Source: Trichosphaerium sp. ATCC 40318
Lineage: Eukaryota > Protista > Tubulinea
Assembly (NCBI GenBank): GCA_038496445.1
Contig: JALMLS010000507.1
Location: forward strand, 186,001-250,000
Length of the DNA: 64,000 nucleotides
Direction of reading: 5' to 3'
The notes beneath the pieces were generated by a model, which saw nothing but the letters and a program-made list of their open reading frames with translations, had not been told where the DNA came from and did not search any database. This document shows, one piece after another, positions 26,793 to 40,288 of the stretch (positions are counted from its first letter, which is position 1; each line of letters starts with the position of its first letter). The position numbers and the translations under genes were made by a program.

Positions 26793-27439
26793 TTAAAAAT
26801 CTCCACTCCAAAAGAACAACAAAGCAGCTACGTTTCTTTTAACATCATAACTGCTTGCATTTCCTTCTATTTTACCCCAGGAGCTACCACCTTTGCGAAT
26901 AGTACCGCCATCTTCAATTTTACCAATTGAACTTCCTCCTTTCCTCAAGGTTCCACCTAAACAGTTTATTAGCCATCAATTACGCGTGGCCAGTAGTCCA
27001 TAAACACAAACAGAGCTGCCTTGAGAGTATTCGAAACAACCTTTACGAGCATGATTCACCGAAAAGTTGAAACAGCTGTTTAGGCGATACAGACGCTTAT
27101 AAGTAGTTTCTGACAAGTTTTGTAAAGAACCAACGTAAAAAATAACGTACCACGCTCAATTTTGGCGAACGAGCTGCCACCCTTTCTGATTGTACCACCT
27201 AGTTCGATACTGTGAGTATGACGCACAGGCAAGTTATTGTAAGGCTAACCGCTTTCAACTTTTCCAACTGAAGAACCACCCATTCTAATAGTGCCACCGC
27301 TCTCTATTTTACCTTTTTGGTATTAGTTTACTTGTAGTGTGACTAAAGACGTACCAACAGAGCTACCTCCAATGCGAACAGTGCCATCTGATTCAATTTT
27401 TGCCCATGAAGAACCTCCTTTGCGTACGTTGCAACTCAT
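26793..27439 (-). CDS. Beta-flower-like protein: six 16-aa GTIRKGGSSxGKIExG repeats plus a hydrophobic C-terminal helix (4 exons; absent from the ORF track)
   Basis: Spliced product MSCNVRKGGSSWAKIESDGTVRIGGSSVGKIESGGTIRMGGSSVGKVESGGTIRKGGSSFAKIERGGTLRKGGSSIGKIEDGGTIRKGGSSWGKIEGNASSYDVKRNVAALLFFWSGDF*, using three GT-AG introns. Confidence 0.85.
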
Positions 27440-28038
27440 ACTTGTAGATATTTTAATAAGGGTCAGAATTCACATGAATTCACTGCCAGGTCAATGCAAG
27501 TAAATCATTTAAAGGATGAATTAACTATCTTTGACCTTTAGCTTTCAGCCCTTTAGCTAATTTTTCTAGGCCCTTCAACTAATTTTATACAGCGAACCAC
27601 GAGGACTTCATGTGAGTAGCTGAAACTCTCCTGAAAACTTTAGCTAACTTTTTTTGAGTTGAGTTACAAATTGTTACGTACCTTTTCGTAACTGTGGTGA
27701 AAGCTCTGAATAGTGTGCTAAACGTTATGCTTAAGTGATTTTTTCCAAAAACAATTTTGAAGCACAAAATCCGCAAAATAATCACGTGAGCACCAATGAA
27801 AAAAATACGTGATTTAAAATAGCATTTGCTACTATTTTTTTCTGAAAGCCCATATTTTAATTATGCAACACTGAAATAATCCTAGCGCATCGTACACTAG
27901 CTCACTCAACTTCTTGGGTTTTTTTTTGTTTTATTGTCCAACATTAATTTAAATACAATCTGCGGTTTTCTTTCTCTAGTTAGTCGTATTCATATCAACC
28001 TATATAATAGATAAGAGCTAGATCTAGTGACTCTAAAT

Positions 28039-29669
28039 TTAATAGTGCTGGCGTACCGCATAAGGCTTATAAGGTCCACCAACCAATGATCCCCATTCTT
28101 CAACAGAGCTCGCTACACCTTCTTAATGAAATGTTAGATAATGTTGTAATGTACTTTAAGTACCATCTTCCTCATTGTCTTCTTCTTCAGCTTCAGAGTT
28201 ATAGCGATTTGGATCCTTAAATACACCAGGCTGTGCGTATATCATGGAATCAGTGATAAGTCTTCCAGGTGGTGCGTTATTAATACTAGCATCTATTACA
28301 TGTATTAATAGACCTATGGTTTGAACCACGTGACATTTGGAAAACAATAAACATACTATTGATGAGGCTGTAAGGTTTTGTTTTGTGTTTGTTTTTGAGC
28401 GCCGCTATATCTGCCGCACGTGGAATCTAAAAATAGTTTGAGAACAAAAAAGTTCATAGAAATTCGAACATAAAGTTTGAAATAATATGTTGATGAAGAC
28501 CACTAACCCTCCAGAAAAGTAATAAGATAAGGGTTGTAGGAATTATTTCCCACAAAATATACAATCCAGCAGCAATAAGTTGTTGCTTTACATTCTGTAC
28601 AATGAGTAAATTAAAAATAAATCAAAGGTAAAGTACGTTAGTAACAGACCATCTGGAGGCATCAATCTGGGAAATTTTAGAATACTTAACTCCCAATCTA
28701 ATAAATATCTATCAATAAAATAATAAACAGTGCCATGAAGACACAAGCGGATAAACTTTACACAACTTACATGTCGTAAATACTTCTTGACATAAAGATA
28801 ATAAACGTCAGTATCGTTACAACCATAATCTTGGTGACACCGAGCCCTGCCGCTTGTGGTATCTACATAAAAACTCATTAACCACGTGATGATATTTAAG
28901 CGTTGCTGAATGTACGTACAGATGTGCTACTTCGGCGTAATAAAAGGCTTACTTTGATACCCAATATGCAAAGTACAGTTACCAAAAGCATAAACATTAC
29001 TGCGTTTCCTATCAACCTAGCATCTTGAAAATACAAAGAATGTCTTGGCTTGTTGAGCGTCTGTAAGCTAAGTTCTTTTGTACCAACAACAACAGAAGCT
29101 GTTTACAGAAAATAAGATTGAAACCATGGAGATCGCCGGTAATTAAAAGAAACACGTGATCGTAACGTTATTTTGTTTTTGGAGTTTTTGTACCTATAAA
29201 GAGAGCCAACAACGTCATGTTCACTATTCCGTAAATAATAAGACATATACGCCTAACACGTGCGCTCCAACTTGATTTAAACATAATAGATGCATAAAAT
29301 ACACCCAGAAGTAAGAATGCAGCAAATTGAAGATTAATCGGTAACCTTCAAGTTTTAAGCAAATTAAAATAGTTAATTTGGGGTGTAAAATATTGTACCA
29401 GAATAAAATCAGTTCTACCATCAGATGGGTATCCCAATATACGAAAAACATAAAGAATATAGTACGTATAAGCCCCCATATAAAGCACAGAAGTACTTGT
29501 CCAAAATGAAAGGACATTAACTTCCATCTATCTGAAAAAGTCATTTTCTTACTGTTACTTGTTTATCACCGCGCCTGAATAGTAAACAACAACCCAGTTG
29601 GAATCCCGCAACAAGTGTAATTATCAGATAGAAAAAACTGAGCGGAAACGTCCAGTTACGCACGTTCAT
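28039..29669 (-). CDS. GPR137/TM7SF1-like (TOM1/THH1 family) multi-pass membrane protein
   Basis: LLCFIWGLIRTIFF...LFW|LPINLQFAAFLLLGVFYA, LWEIIPT and the tail VFKDPNRYNSE match the GPR137 motifs (LWAALRT, PVCLQF, LWExxP, FDNPRRYDSD). Confidence 0.75.
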
Positions 29670-29941
29670 CACTGGTGAGAAAAGGATGAAACTATTTCAG
29701 ACCGAATACGTGATCTTTTAAGTGCTCACAGACTTGAGTTACTTATCGCGACATGAGAATGTTATGTATACGTATTGACAACCGAGACACATGATAAACA
29801 TGTCCTTCTCATAAATTTGGTTGGTATCACGTGATAAATTTTCTTTCTGCACAAAATACGAAAAGCAAGTTTTTTTTGGTTTTCTTCGTTTAATTTATTT
29901 TACAAGCCCAATTCGGTTTTTTTATGTTTTCTCTTTTCTAT

Positions 29942-32900
29942 TCACTTTTTTTTGATTGTGTTATTTTTAATGACAGAGTTTCTTGTAACTTCAGACATTT
30001 CATCGTATTTATTCATTAAAATATTATCACCTAGGTCATAAGATGTATCATCTTCTAAACAAATAAGTAAGAGAACAACCACAAAAACAAAGAGCTTTGT
30101 TAATCAAACCTTCTGACGAGGAGCTTGCTACACCATCTATATTTACTGATATTCTAACAGAGTGACTCTTTGGCCTTTTAGGACCTTTTTCTATAACAAG
30201 GGAAGTGAGTAAAACGAAAAAAACTATTCTTCGCACTTTTTTTCCTTCTTTTTTTCTTCTGTCCGTTTCTGTAATGTTTCTTCTCTATCACCTTCGGTTT
30301 TTCATTATCAGGAGAAGCATAATCGCTATAAGCCGTCATATGTGTAACAGACATGTCCTCATTATTACTCTTCTTGACATTAACAACAGCGTATGCTTGG
30401 TGTTTGTTCATGTCTTTCTTTTCGGAACCTTTTTTTGTATCATCACTTCCATTCACAACTGCAACAACGCCATAAGGACTCATTGATTTCTTGTCTTCTG
30501 GTTTTTTCTTCGGCCTCTTCTTAGTACTTTTCACTTTGACAATACCATAAGCTTGTATTGGCTTGCTATTTGTGTCTTCGTTGTCATCTTCAACTTTGAC
30601 AACACCATAAGGATCATGTTGTTCAAAAGGTTCTTTATCACCACCATCTTCTAGTTTGTCTTCTATCTTAACTTCACTATACGTTTGCATCTCAATATGA
30701 TCGTCTGCATCACCAACGAACGCTGGAATCTCTCCATATGTAGATATAAGGACCTGTAGAAGGTGACTGTTAAAATTACTCGAAACTGAACGACATGTGC
30801 CTTTTTCCGTTTTTTGCGTCTCGATTCTAAATAAAACAGTGTTAAGTGGTAGATAACTTAAGGGGTTTTCCTGCGTTGTACCTGGTTTACTACTTGTTCT
30901 TTTTTCTGATGGCATTACTTGTGTATAGTTCTGTGCACCTTCGTCTAATGCTCCACCTGCGGTGTAAACCTAAGAACGACATTAACTCCTGGAAGTTCAT
31001 GCTTTGTAGTTTCTTTCTTTTTCTTGGTTATTTCGTACCTTTGTCTTCATGCCGTCCGTTGGCGTGCCAACGGTTTCATATTCTAATTGTAAACAAGAAT
31101 ATTCATAACCATGCGTACTTGCTGAGTGATATCTAAAAATAGATGGCGTCGACTCGTCATCTGCTGTAGGATCAAGAACATCTGCTAGCTCATTGAAAGA
31201 AGGTCTATTAAGAGGTTCTTTTTGCCAACATTGCTTCATTATAGACCTCATTTTAACACTCGCTCTAATGCGTAGGTAGTAAGTATACAAAAGGTGTTTT
31301 AGACCAAGTGTTGGCTTACTTCTTCGGTATTGGTGGGTGATAATATTCATCTCTTATTTTCAAAGCGAGGTCATGAACATTCATTTCATGAGAAGGGTTT
31401 TTACGCATTATGCACTCCCATATAACTAGTCAACAAGTATAAATACGTCTATAATTTAATGCTATATCTATTAGATGTTACCTATACCAAACGCCCAAAC
31501 ATCGCTCTTTGTACTAAATGGAAAAGTCATTCAATAAATCATTTGTTATTTTTTTTTCTCAACTTACGTCCATTGATTTTCTATTGCTTCAGGAGACATC
31601 CATCTTTTTAAGGTAAGAAGGACAAAAAATAATAATGAAATAGACCGTACGCAATAGGAAATATTACAGAACTTGTTTGATGAGCAGAGTTTCCTGTTTG
31701 GTCCATAACAAGCCTGCTCATACCTATAAAAAAAAAAAGTAAATCGTGAGCAATCTTTGCACGTGTTTTTTTTTTCGTTGTAGTATTTTGTGGATTAATT
31801 AACACGTGTCATTAGCTGGATAGAAAACCACAAAATTTTCCATGCGTGTCACATGTGAATTCTTTTTAAGCGTTGCAAGTTAGTTAACATACCAAAATCT
31901 AAGTACATTAAGTTAGTTAAGCGCTTTCTTTAAAAGAGCAATTTTTTCCTTACCTGATATTTTTGGTACTTTCCCAAGAGTCAACTAGAATTACAAATAT
32001 GTTAGTTAAAAATAAAAGAAAAGTAAGCAGTCCATTACCAAAATGTCTACAAAGCATTAGTGCAAAATATTACAAAGAGAAAAGATGATGATAAAAACGA
32101 AACACTTCTACACTAAAAGAATAACAGCTTTACGTACTCCTTGCAGCCAAATCCCTGAAATTGATTAGTAAGCAGAGTATGTTAAACTAACTAATAAATA
32201 GGATCGTACCTATGGAGTATATTCGCAGCATGCAGGTGCACCATACCAGCAGCGATACCCTAAACCAAACAATATTAGAATTTCATAAAAAACTTACCCA
32301 TTTATAAAAACACTTACACAAATAATATCATGCAATTCGTTAGGTTGCAATGCTCTGTGATGTATCATACCTTCCAGAGAGCCTCCAGGTAAGAACCTTA
32401 TAAAACATATTAGAGCAGTACTTTTTGACAAAAGAAAGTACTCTAAAACAATTATGGGGCAAGGATCCCAGCATATCCCCTGGATTTGTACAACATTCGC
32501 GTGAGGACGCAGATTCCTATGTCAATCATTAATTTATTCGTACATATTTATTATTATAACGTACATCATCAGTATTGCCTCAGCCATGAAAGGAGCGACT
32601 TGTTCTTTAATTACATCTTTCTATTTTTAAGAAGAAATTAAGAAAAAATATCCAGACTCAAAGCTGTTGTACCAGCGTTTTTATCGCTACAGTAGCATGT
32701 CTCCATGATCCTTTATATACAGTACCAAACCTGAGATTTAAAATATTAATGATTTATTGATCACAAATAGACATATAGTACGTACATTCCTGAGCCCAAC
32801 GGTTTACTTCTATCTCCAAAATTAAGGTCTTCAAATGGTATGATCCATTTTTTAAGTTTTTCCATATCTCCTTGGAGACCTTCAAGAGGTGCATCTGTAC

Positions 32901-35900
32901 CATAAGCTTGCTTCAAACGCTCACGGAACTCTACAAAGGACATTAGAAGTACAAAGTTAAAGTGATCTTTTTTGTTTTGGTTAGTTTTCAGTACGTACGT
33001 TTGTCTCTTCTCTTGTACTTTATGTAAAGGAATATTATCATAACAGCTAGTACTACAACAATAAATGCAGCGACTGCACCAACTGAAGCACCAATTAAAA
33101 CTTGACCTAAACAGCAAGTAAGCCAACCATTTTAAAGAGTTAAAAAACAATGTCATACGATCTTCCTCTGCTGCGACGAAAGGTGACTCTGTAGTTGGCG
33201 GTTCTGTTGAAGGTGCGACTGGTACAAAAGGTGGAGACGGTGTAGGTACTAAAGGTAGGTTTTTAGCAATAAGATATAACAATTTCAGCGTACCTATGAG
33301 GGAAGAGCCACCCAGAGTTTCGTTTGCAAAAGGACCTTCGAGAGTAAAAGCCACAACTTCAAATCTAAGTTTGTAATATTAGCTCCGTCCGCTCCATTGT
33401 TTACTAAGTCTTACGAAAGTCCTTGAACAAGAGATGGATCATGCATGTTTTGTATGAATAATTTGGCTGCCGATATAGATTCAGGTGTATCAAGCTGAAG
33501 GAAAGAGTTATGAACAAGTAACAATAATTGGCAGGTCAAAACAGGAGTTTGAAGTAATCTCAGATACTAAAAAAAAACGGAAAAAAAAGAGAAAAAAAAT
33601 GGTAAATGAAAGCCATTCAAAAAATGACTACTATTTGCTGTCTGCGCGTTTTGTACATGTTGTTATGGTTTTTAGAGTTAGAAAAACATTATAATTGAAG
33701 TTCTTTCTTACTGTAATGACGCCAGTGAGAGTTTCCCAATTTTTTATAACATCTCTTTTCTTTTGCACTGATTCTCCTTGAAGTTGTAATGTAGAGATAC
33801 TTAAATCTTTAAAAGCGACTTTCGTGTTACTTAGGAACTGCGCCACCTCATTCTCAAAGTATAGGCCCATTATGATCATTGTAAACGACATAACTAAACA
33901 GCAGTAAAAAAATAAAAACTCGTAAAAAAAATGGGTTTTTGTTCATCAACGTACCGTTTGGGCACTCCATATCAGGAGTGATCAATCTAGGATCTGTAAC
34001 ACTAATATATGTATCTCCTCTTGGGGTTTCAGTATCATTGCCAATAACCCACCTAGAGTTTATTTACCGTAAGCATAGCAAAAAGATAGATCAAAGTTAA
34101 TTCACCTTATAAAATTTTCATTCCCTGTAGCTTGTAGAGAAAACTCAGAGGACGGAAATATTGGTGACCTTCCACTTTGAAATAACGTAAGGTTATGTCT
34201 CGTTTGCGGGGGCGGGAAAACTCTGTTGTTTACACCTTAGAAAACGTAAGAAAAATTGTATTCGCTTAACATTAGTACCTAATGCGATACTTCGTGTGAT
34301 GCCTTGATTCCAGTATCCATAGTATAAAATATAGCCAGCATCACTTGGTAGTGTGTGAACACAGTGGAGGATAGGTATGATATCACCCTTAGCAACCTCT
34401 TGAGAAAAAAGTGAGAATAAACAAAACGCGACTTGACAACGCACGTGCTATGGTAGGCGCTATGGTTGGTGGATTGAAGGCCGGTGGTAGCTCTGTGTCG
34501 TTGGTTCCTGTTGTAAAACGTTAGTTATTGATTTTTCACGTAATATTATCGTACTACACGTGTTGTTGCTAGAACACAAGGATTGCGCATCCATGAAGCA
34601 GTTTGAGAAGCTAGTTGTATTACAGTTCCCACAATCGAAAAAGTTACAATCAATTGCGCTTCTCAAAGAGGTGAGACTTAATTAATTTTTAATGTGAGCC
34701 GTACCATCCTGCTAAGCTAGCATTTACAAACGAAGTTTCTGGACAAACACTCAAAAAGTTATTGCGAAGTAACCTTATAAGACCATTGTAAGTAAGACTC
34801 TTCCAAAAGCAGAAATAAAGTATTAACGCACAGTACATTCATTTTCGAATGGATTGGCGGTATTTCTCCGTAAAGTAAGTTCTGGTCGAGGTTTCTATTA
34901 CTGTGATTAATAATCACTGTTTTTTGGTGGAGATTATTTTGCTTTTTTGTTTTGGTTTGTTCTTGTACGTACATGTGTTCTATAACTGGTGTGGATAATA
35001 ATGAATCAGGTATTGTCCCCGTTAGTTTATTACGTGAAAGCACCCTAAACATGGTAAGCGCGCACATGTTACAAAAGTCTGACGAACAATCTTTCAAGCA
35101 AGATGTCTTCTGTGATACTTGGAATTGTACCACTAAGTAAGTTGTTGTCCAAGTCCCTTAACAGAATAAATTAATGGTATACTGAATGAACACACTTACA
35201 GGGTCTCGAGCCGAGGGGCGTTCAACCACTGGGAAGGTAATGCTCCTTCAATTTTATTGTCATTAAGAAATCTATATAAGCTCTTAGGTCTCTTTCCATT
35301 AGCTGTAAGATCGTACATTGTATTCACAATAGTCGTTAAGGTGGGATCTAATGCATTAAATTCATTATTTCTACCATCACTTTACAGACGGTTAGAAGCA
35401 ATCATAGGGGAATAAAAAACATACAATTGATTAACCAAGCCAATTGTCACAGTACCATTAAACTTGTTGTTTGTAAGTCTCCTAATTAATTATTAACTAA
35501 CTAAGCACAGAGAAAAAATTAAGTATTTACACTGTACTGAGTTTTATATCACGCAGCGCTAAGATGTTTGATAAAGAACCTTCGAAGTTGTTGGTATTTA
35601 AGTCAAGAATCGAGAGGCTTGGGGATAAAAGCAGAGCAGTGGGCACTGTTCCACTCAAATTATTCATTTCCAACAATCTAACAGTGTATTAAAACAAATA
35701 TGAACGTGGGAAAGATTAAAAACCATACAAGTCAGAGACACCAAAGGTAATGTCATTTGGTATTGTACCGTAAATATTGGTGTTACTGATTGCTATTGTT
35801 TTTAGGTGAGTGGTTTTGAACAAGGAAGACGGTAGAGTTCCAGTAATATTTTTTTGATCCTTAATCACGCTTTGTATTGTCAGTATAGCATCTTGAAGAT

Positions 35901-36300
35901 CACACTGCGCGTTTTTTCACGTGATTTTTTTTTTTGGTTTTAATTATTCGCAAAGTTAAAAAATCAGTCACGTGCGTTTCGCGGTGTTGGTAAACATTGA
36001 CGTACAATTTAGTGAAACTTTGATCGACTAGAGAAAAGACATCTGGTATCGTCCCATTTAAGTTATTCCTTGTCTGCGTAGTTGAAGCTGAGTATTCACT
36101 AAACTAGCGTTAGACACATAAACCAAATAAAAAAAAACCACAATGCATAACGTGATCAAACAAAAGCTTTAGATTAAACATCGTACAACTGTTGTATCGC
36201 TGTTTCATCACCGGTACATAATATAAAGGTATAATTACATGCATTTGGTATGCTAGTAGCGTTGACGTATTCGGGCCAACCAGAGATACTTTCTAAAGAG
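29942..36300 (-). CDS. LRR receptor-like kinase (TKL/tyrosine-kinase-like) with long Tyr-motif tail; many exons including micro-exons; 5' end uncertain
   Basis: Plant-like LRRs (LSRNKLTGTIP, LDQNLLYGEIP), Cys-rich and Pro/Thr stalk, TM near 33030-33100. Kinase motifs GSG|FGTVYKG, VAIK, HRDLAARN, DFG, WMSPE, SDVWAFG, CWQKEPLNRPSF. Confidence 0.9.
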
Positions 36301-36863
36301 CATGACAACGTTAATAAGATCAATCAGAGCGAAAAAGGTAAAATTCGAAGGTAAACATGTTAATTTTTTTATAATCACGTGGGAAGTAAGCCGTTCTTTT
36401 ACATACCAATGAAACTCCTTAAAAACTCTATATAATTTGGAAGTAATTCTCCCTGAGTTTGAATAAACCCGACAGTAGATAATAGAAGAAACCACGTCCA
36501 AGGCGACATTAATAAAGCGCTCTTTTTAAACGGGCTTCCGGCCTGCAGTAATTCATAAATAAGGTTGAAAAGTAGTTGACTGCATAATTATTTATTACGC
36601 AAGTTTGTTCCTCCTTTGGGAAATGTGGGAGTTTGCTATAGATGTATTACAACATCGTTGAAAGGACTTCGTATTTTTTTGCTTAAAATGCCAATTACTA
36701 GCACGTGTTGGAAGTTTCCTTCAAAACGCGGATCAGTTCTGACCTCATCGACAGAGCATACGGATTCCTCATCCACTAGTATTGCGGGGCACCAAGAACA
36801 CGAGAATCTAACAATTGGCATCCATTGCAAGAAATACTTTGACGTTAGTAACACATTTCTGAA

Positions 36864-39800
36864 ATGAGGTTTGCACAAGCGCTAGTACTAGTTGCGTTAG
36901 CTTTCGTTGCTGTTGTAGCGTATAGATGGGAGCCCGTCCCACTTGTTACAAAGGAAAGTCGCGAAAAAGGCAATATAGGTAATAAACACATCTGCTACTT
37001 ACCGTGTAAGACTGCTTATACTATACAGGAGGAGAAGGATGCCAAGTAATACAAGCAATAGCTATCGACGCGTCAGGAGACTTTTTATTAATGGGTAAGC
37101 GTTTATTCCGTCTGCTCGTAAACGCACACGTGCCTTTCGAAAAGTCAAGATAACAATCGAACTATTCAAAAACTATTAGCTCCGTGACAACTTATATGTG
37201 TTGTAGGTACTGATGTTGGTGGTCTATACCGTTCCTTAAATGGAGGGCGTACATGGATAAGTGCTAACATTGGTTATTCACCACGTGCACGTATTTTTTT
37301 CGAAAACGCTTCCTTCCAAAAAGTTGTTGTTTTACTTTGTTTTGTAGGGAACTTGTGGGTTGGCTATTGACCCAAGAAACTCCTCAAGAGCTATTGCAAT
37401 TGGTGGAAATCATAACACGTTCTTTCCAGTACATGGTGTGTACTTGACAACAGATCAAGGTAAGTTCTGTGCGCAACAGAACTTAGAGCACTTGTATAGT
37501 AATTTGTGTAGGATACACGTGGTCTCAGACTTTTCCTGCCTCAAACAACGGATACAGGGACTTTAGAGACCAAGTATCGTTTGATCCAACAAGCTATGAT
37601 GAAGCGAAAGGATACTCAATGGTACAATAGCTCCCGAAAAAATAGTTCTAAGTTCACTCACTGACAAGGTTTTAGGTTGCATACTGGTCCGCTATGGGTG
37701 ATTGGGACCCTTACACTCATACCAGTACAACGAAGAATATGGGTTTATACAAGACTGTGGATGGTGGATACAATTGGAAACTTGTTAATAAGGATAACGG
37801 AAGAAGTGCTATACGTGTATCTCCAGTTACTGGAAATGTATACAGTAGCAATGAAAAAGGATTATTTATGAGTGCAGATAGAGGAATAACTTTTAAACAA
37901 ATATTCAATGGCACTGTTCAAGGGTAATTCGGAGGTTTCAAAGAATTGCAACTGTGTTAATTGATTCTCGAGCCTAGGCTTGATGTTGTCACGTTTTCTG
38001 ATAGTGTTATGATTTATATATGTACAGCTACACATATAGTGGTATTTAAAGAACATGGTAGGCTCTACACACATGAGTTTGTGTCGGTTTTCTTTCTTTT
38101 TTTTGGCACATCTTTTTTTTATTGTGCTCACTATTTTAAGGCAAAGATGCATCACAACAGGAGGTTTTTACTCCAACTGGTTTTCATGAAACAGTAGACT
38201 TGCGATGGATTAAAATAAGCCCTACTCATCAAGATGATGTACTCATTCAGAACGGAAAAGGATGGCCGGGAAAAGCAGCAAATCCTGCCAAAAAATATTA
38301 TTCAACCGATGGTACACAAACAGCTTAACACGCTCGACAATCCGCCCATTCACATAGAGAGTGCATGGTTTGTTGACTTGTTAGCGCTAATATTTTTTTG
38401 AGACAGCGTAGCGATATTAAAGTAATTTAGGAGGACACACTTTTGAAGCTAGTCTTGTCAACACCAAGGATAGTTTCATTCCTAACAATGATCGAGATAA
38501 CAGATTTACATGGCATCCAAAGACTAGAGGTACAGCATGGACCACAGGTACACAAAAATGCCGACAACCAATATTTATTGACACTGTTGTTTGTTTTTAA
38601 GGCGGTGGTTTTTTGGTACAAACCCTAGACAGCGGTGAGTTTATATTAATATAAATGGTTCTCGATTAATTAATACGTCAATTAGGTTCAAACTATGAGT
38701 GGGCAAATAATGGATTCAATGGTGTAATGGTCGGTGGTAGATGGAGTTTTAATATGCAAAATCCGGATATTTTATTTGTAGGTTCACAAGACTATAACGG
38801 TGCTCTTACAGATGATGGTGGTACAATATTATTTCTTCTTTTTTATTGCAATAAGTAGTTTGACTGTATTTCTAAGCATTAGAAATAAGTTATGAACATG
38901 ACAGAATTTCTTAGTTGAACTTAACTTTATCTAAGGTACAACGTGGTCTTATTGCTCTGTGTCTGGAGAGCCATGGGGAGGATGGTGCTATGGAACATAT
39001 GCTTTGAATTCAACCTTTCTATTCGGTGGAATTGCGCCTGGAGGCGGATCAAGTAATGAACGGCTAGTGACAAGAAGTGTCAACGCTGGAGAGTCTTTTA
39101 AAGCAACCAAGTACGTTTTGATATTGGTGTCTTAAACTGACAATCTTTGTAAATAAGATACGCAATAGATGACGACGGAAAGAACATGTGCTTTGGTCAT
39201 CCATTGAAAGATTCAATCGTTTTCAACCATAATTATCGCTTCCAAGATTATGGGAGTACGTGGAAAGCTATGGTAAATTGTTCGGGTGTATTCGGTGTAT
39301 CAAAAGGTAACTGTGATGAATCAAGAAATGCCATTCTAACACTAGAAAACATCTTTTTTTGGTTGCCACGTGCTAATCTGGTTACAGATGGTACAGTTCT
39401 TTTTGGTGCGGATAAAACAAATCTCGTAATGTCAACAGACTTTGGTGTCACATGGGAATTTTTATTTGGAGTTCCGGAGACTGTTGATGACATGGCTTTT
39501 GATGGTATTGACATGATTTATGTCATTGCAGGTAAGCAGAATTTATCGCAAAAAAAGTTGGTTGTAATTTTAATTCTCGAACATTGCTTTGGATCTAAAC
39601 AGTCTTACGTAATAGGGAGGAAGAAAGCGTACTCTTGGAATACTACATCTAAAGGTGAAGTTACAGATCTAACACCTAACGTTCCAGCTGACCAGTATGG
39701 AAACAAAAACTTGGCTACAGTAGCTGTGGATTCGGTAAGTTGTTTGCGAAGTAAAGGAACATGTTTTTTATTGGTTTGTTCTTTATGCTAATGCTATCCT

Positions 39801-40121
39801 CTAAAGAGCGCTCCTTCAAAAGTCTACATAGGATCCGCTGCAGATAGATACCATGCTTTCAATGCTGTATCACGCTCAACAGACGGTGGGAAAACATGGG
39901 AGATAATATCCAGGATAAAGTCTAACTCCGAGTTTGGTAGAGTGCCTGGTCCTAGCGAGGTTCGACTTGTTTCTTTTTCCGAACAAACGTTCAATCGCTT
40001 ACTTCCTATTCATTAGGTAGGAAACATTCGTGTTCATCCAATAACAGGAGATGTATGGGTAACCACTGGATGCTATGGTATTTGGAAATTTATAGCCGGA
40101 GACTCCAAAGTGCAACTCTAG
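36864..40121 (+). CDS. Secreted BNR/Asp-box beta-propeller protein (GH74/sialidase-like)
   Basis: Signal peptide; GTDVGGLYRSLNGGRTW, YKTVDGGYNW, SADRGITF, STDFGVTW, RSTDGGKTW Asp-boxes; ends VWVTTGCYGIWKF. Confidence 0.85.
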
Positions 40122-40288
40122 CCTCACATAAACAGTAACCTCAGTTTGATGGTGTTGTCAATCTACATTGAAAAACCTCTTTGCTACAAAGAATAAAACT
40201 TACCACTTTTTTGTTTGTTTTATGTACATTGTTTTTAATTATTTCAAAGCATCATTTGTAAATGTGTACATTAGCTAATGTTGTAATA

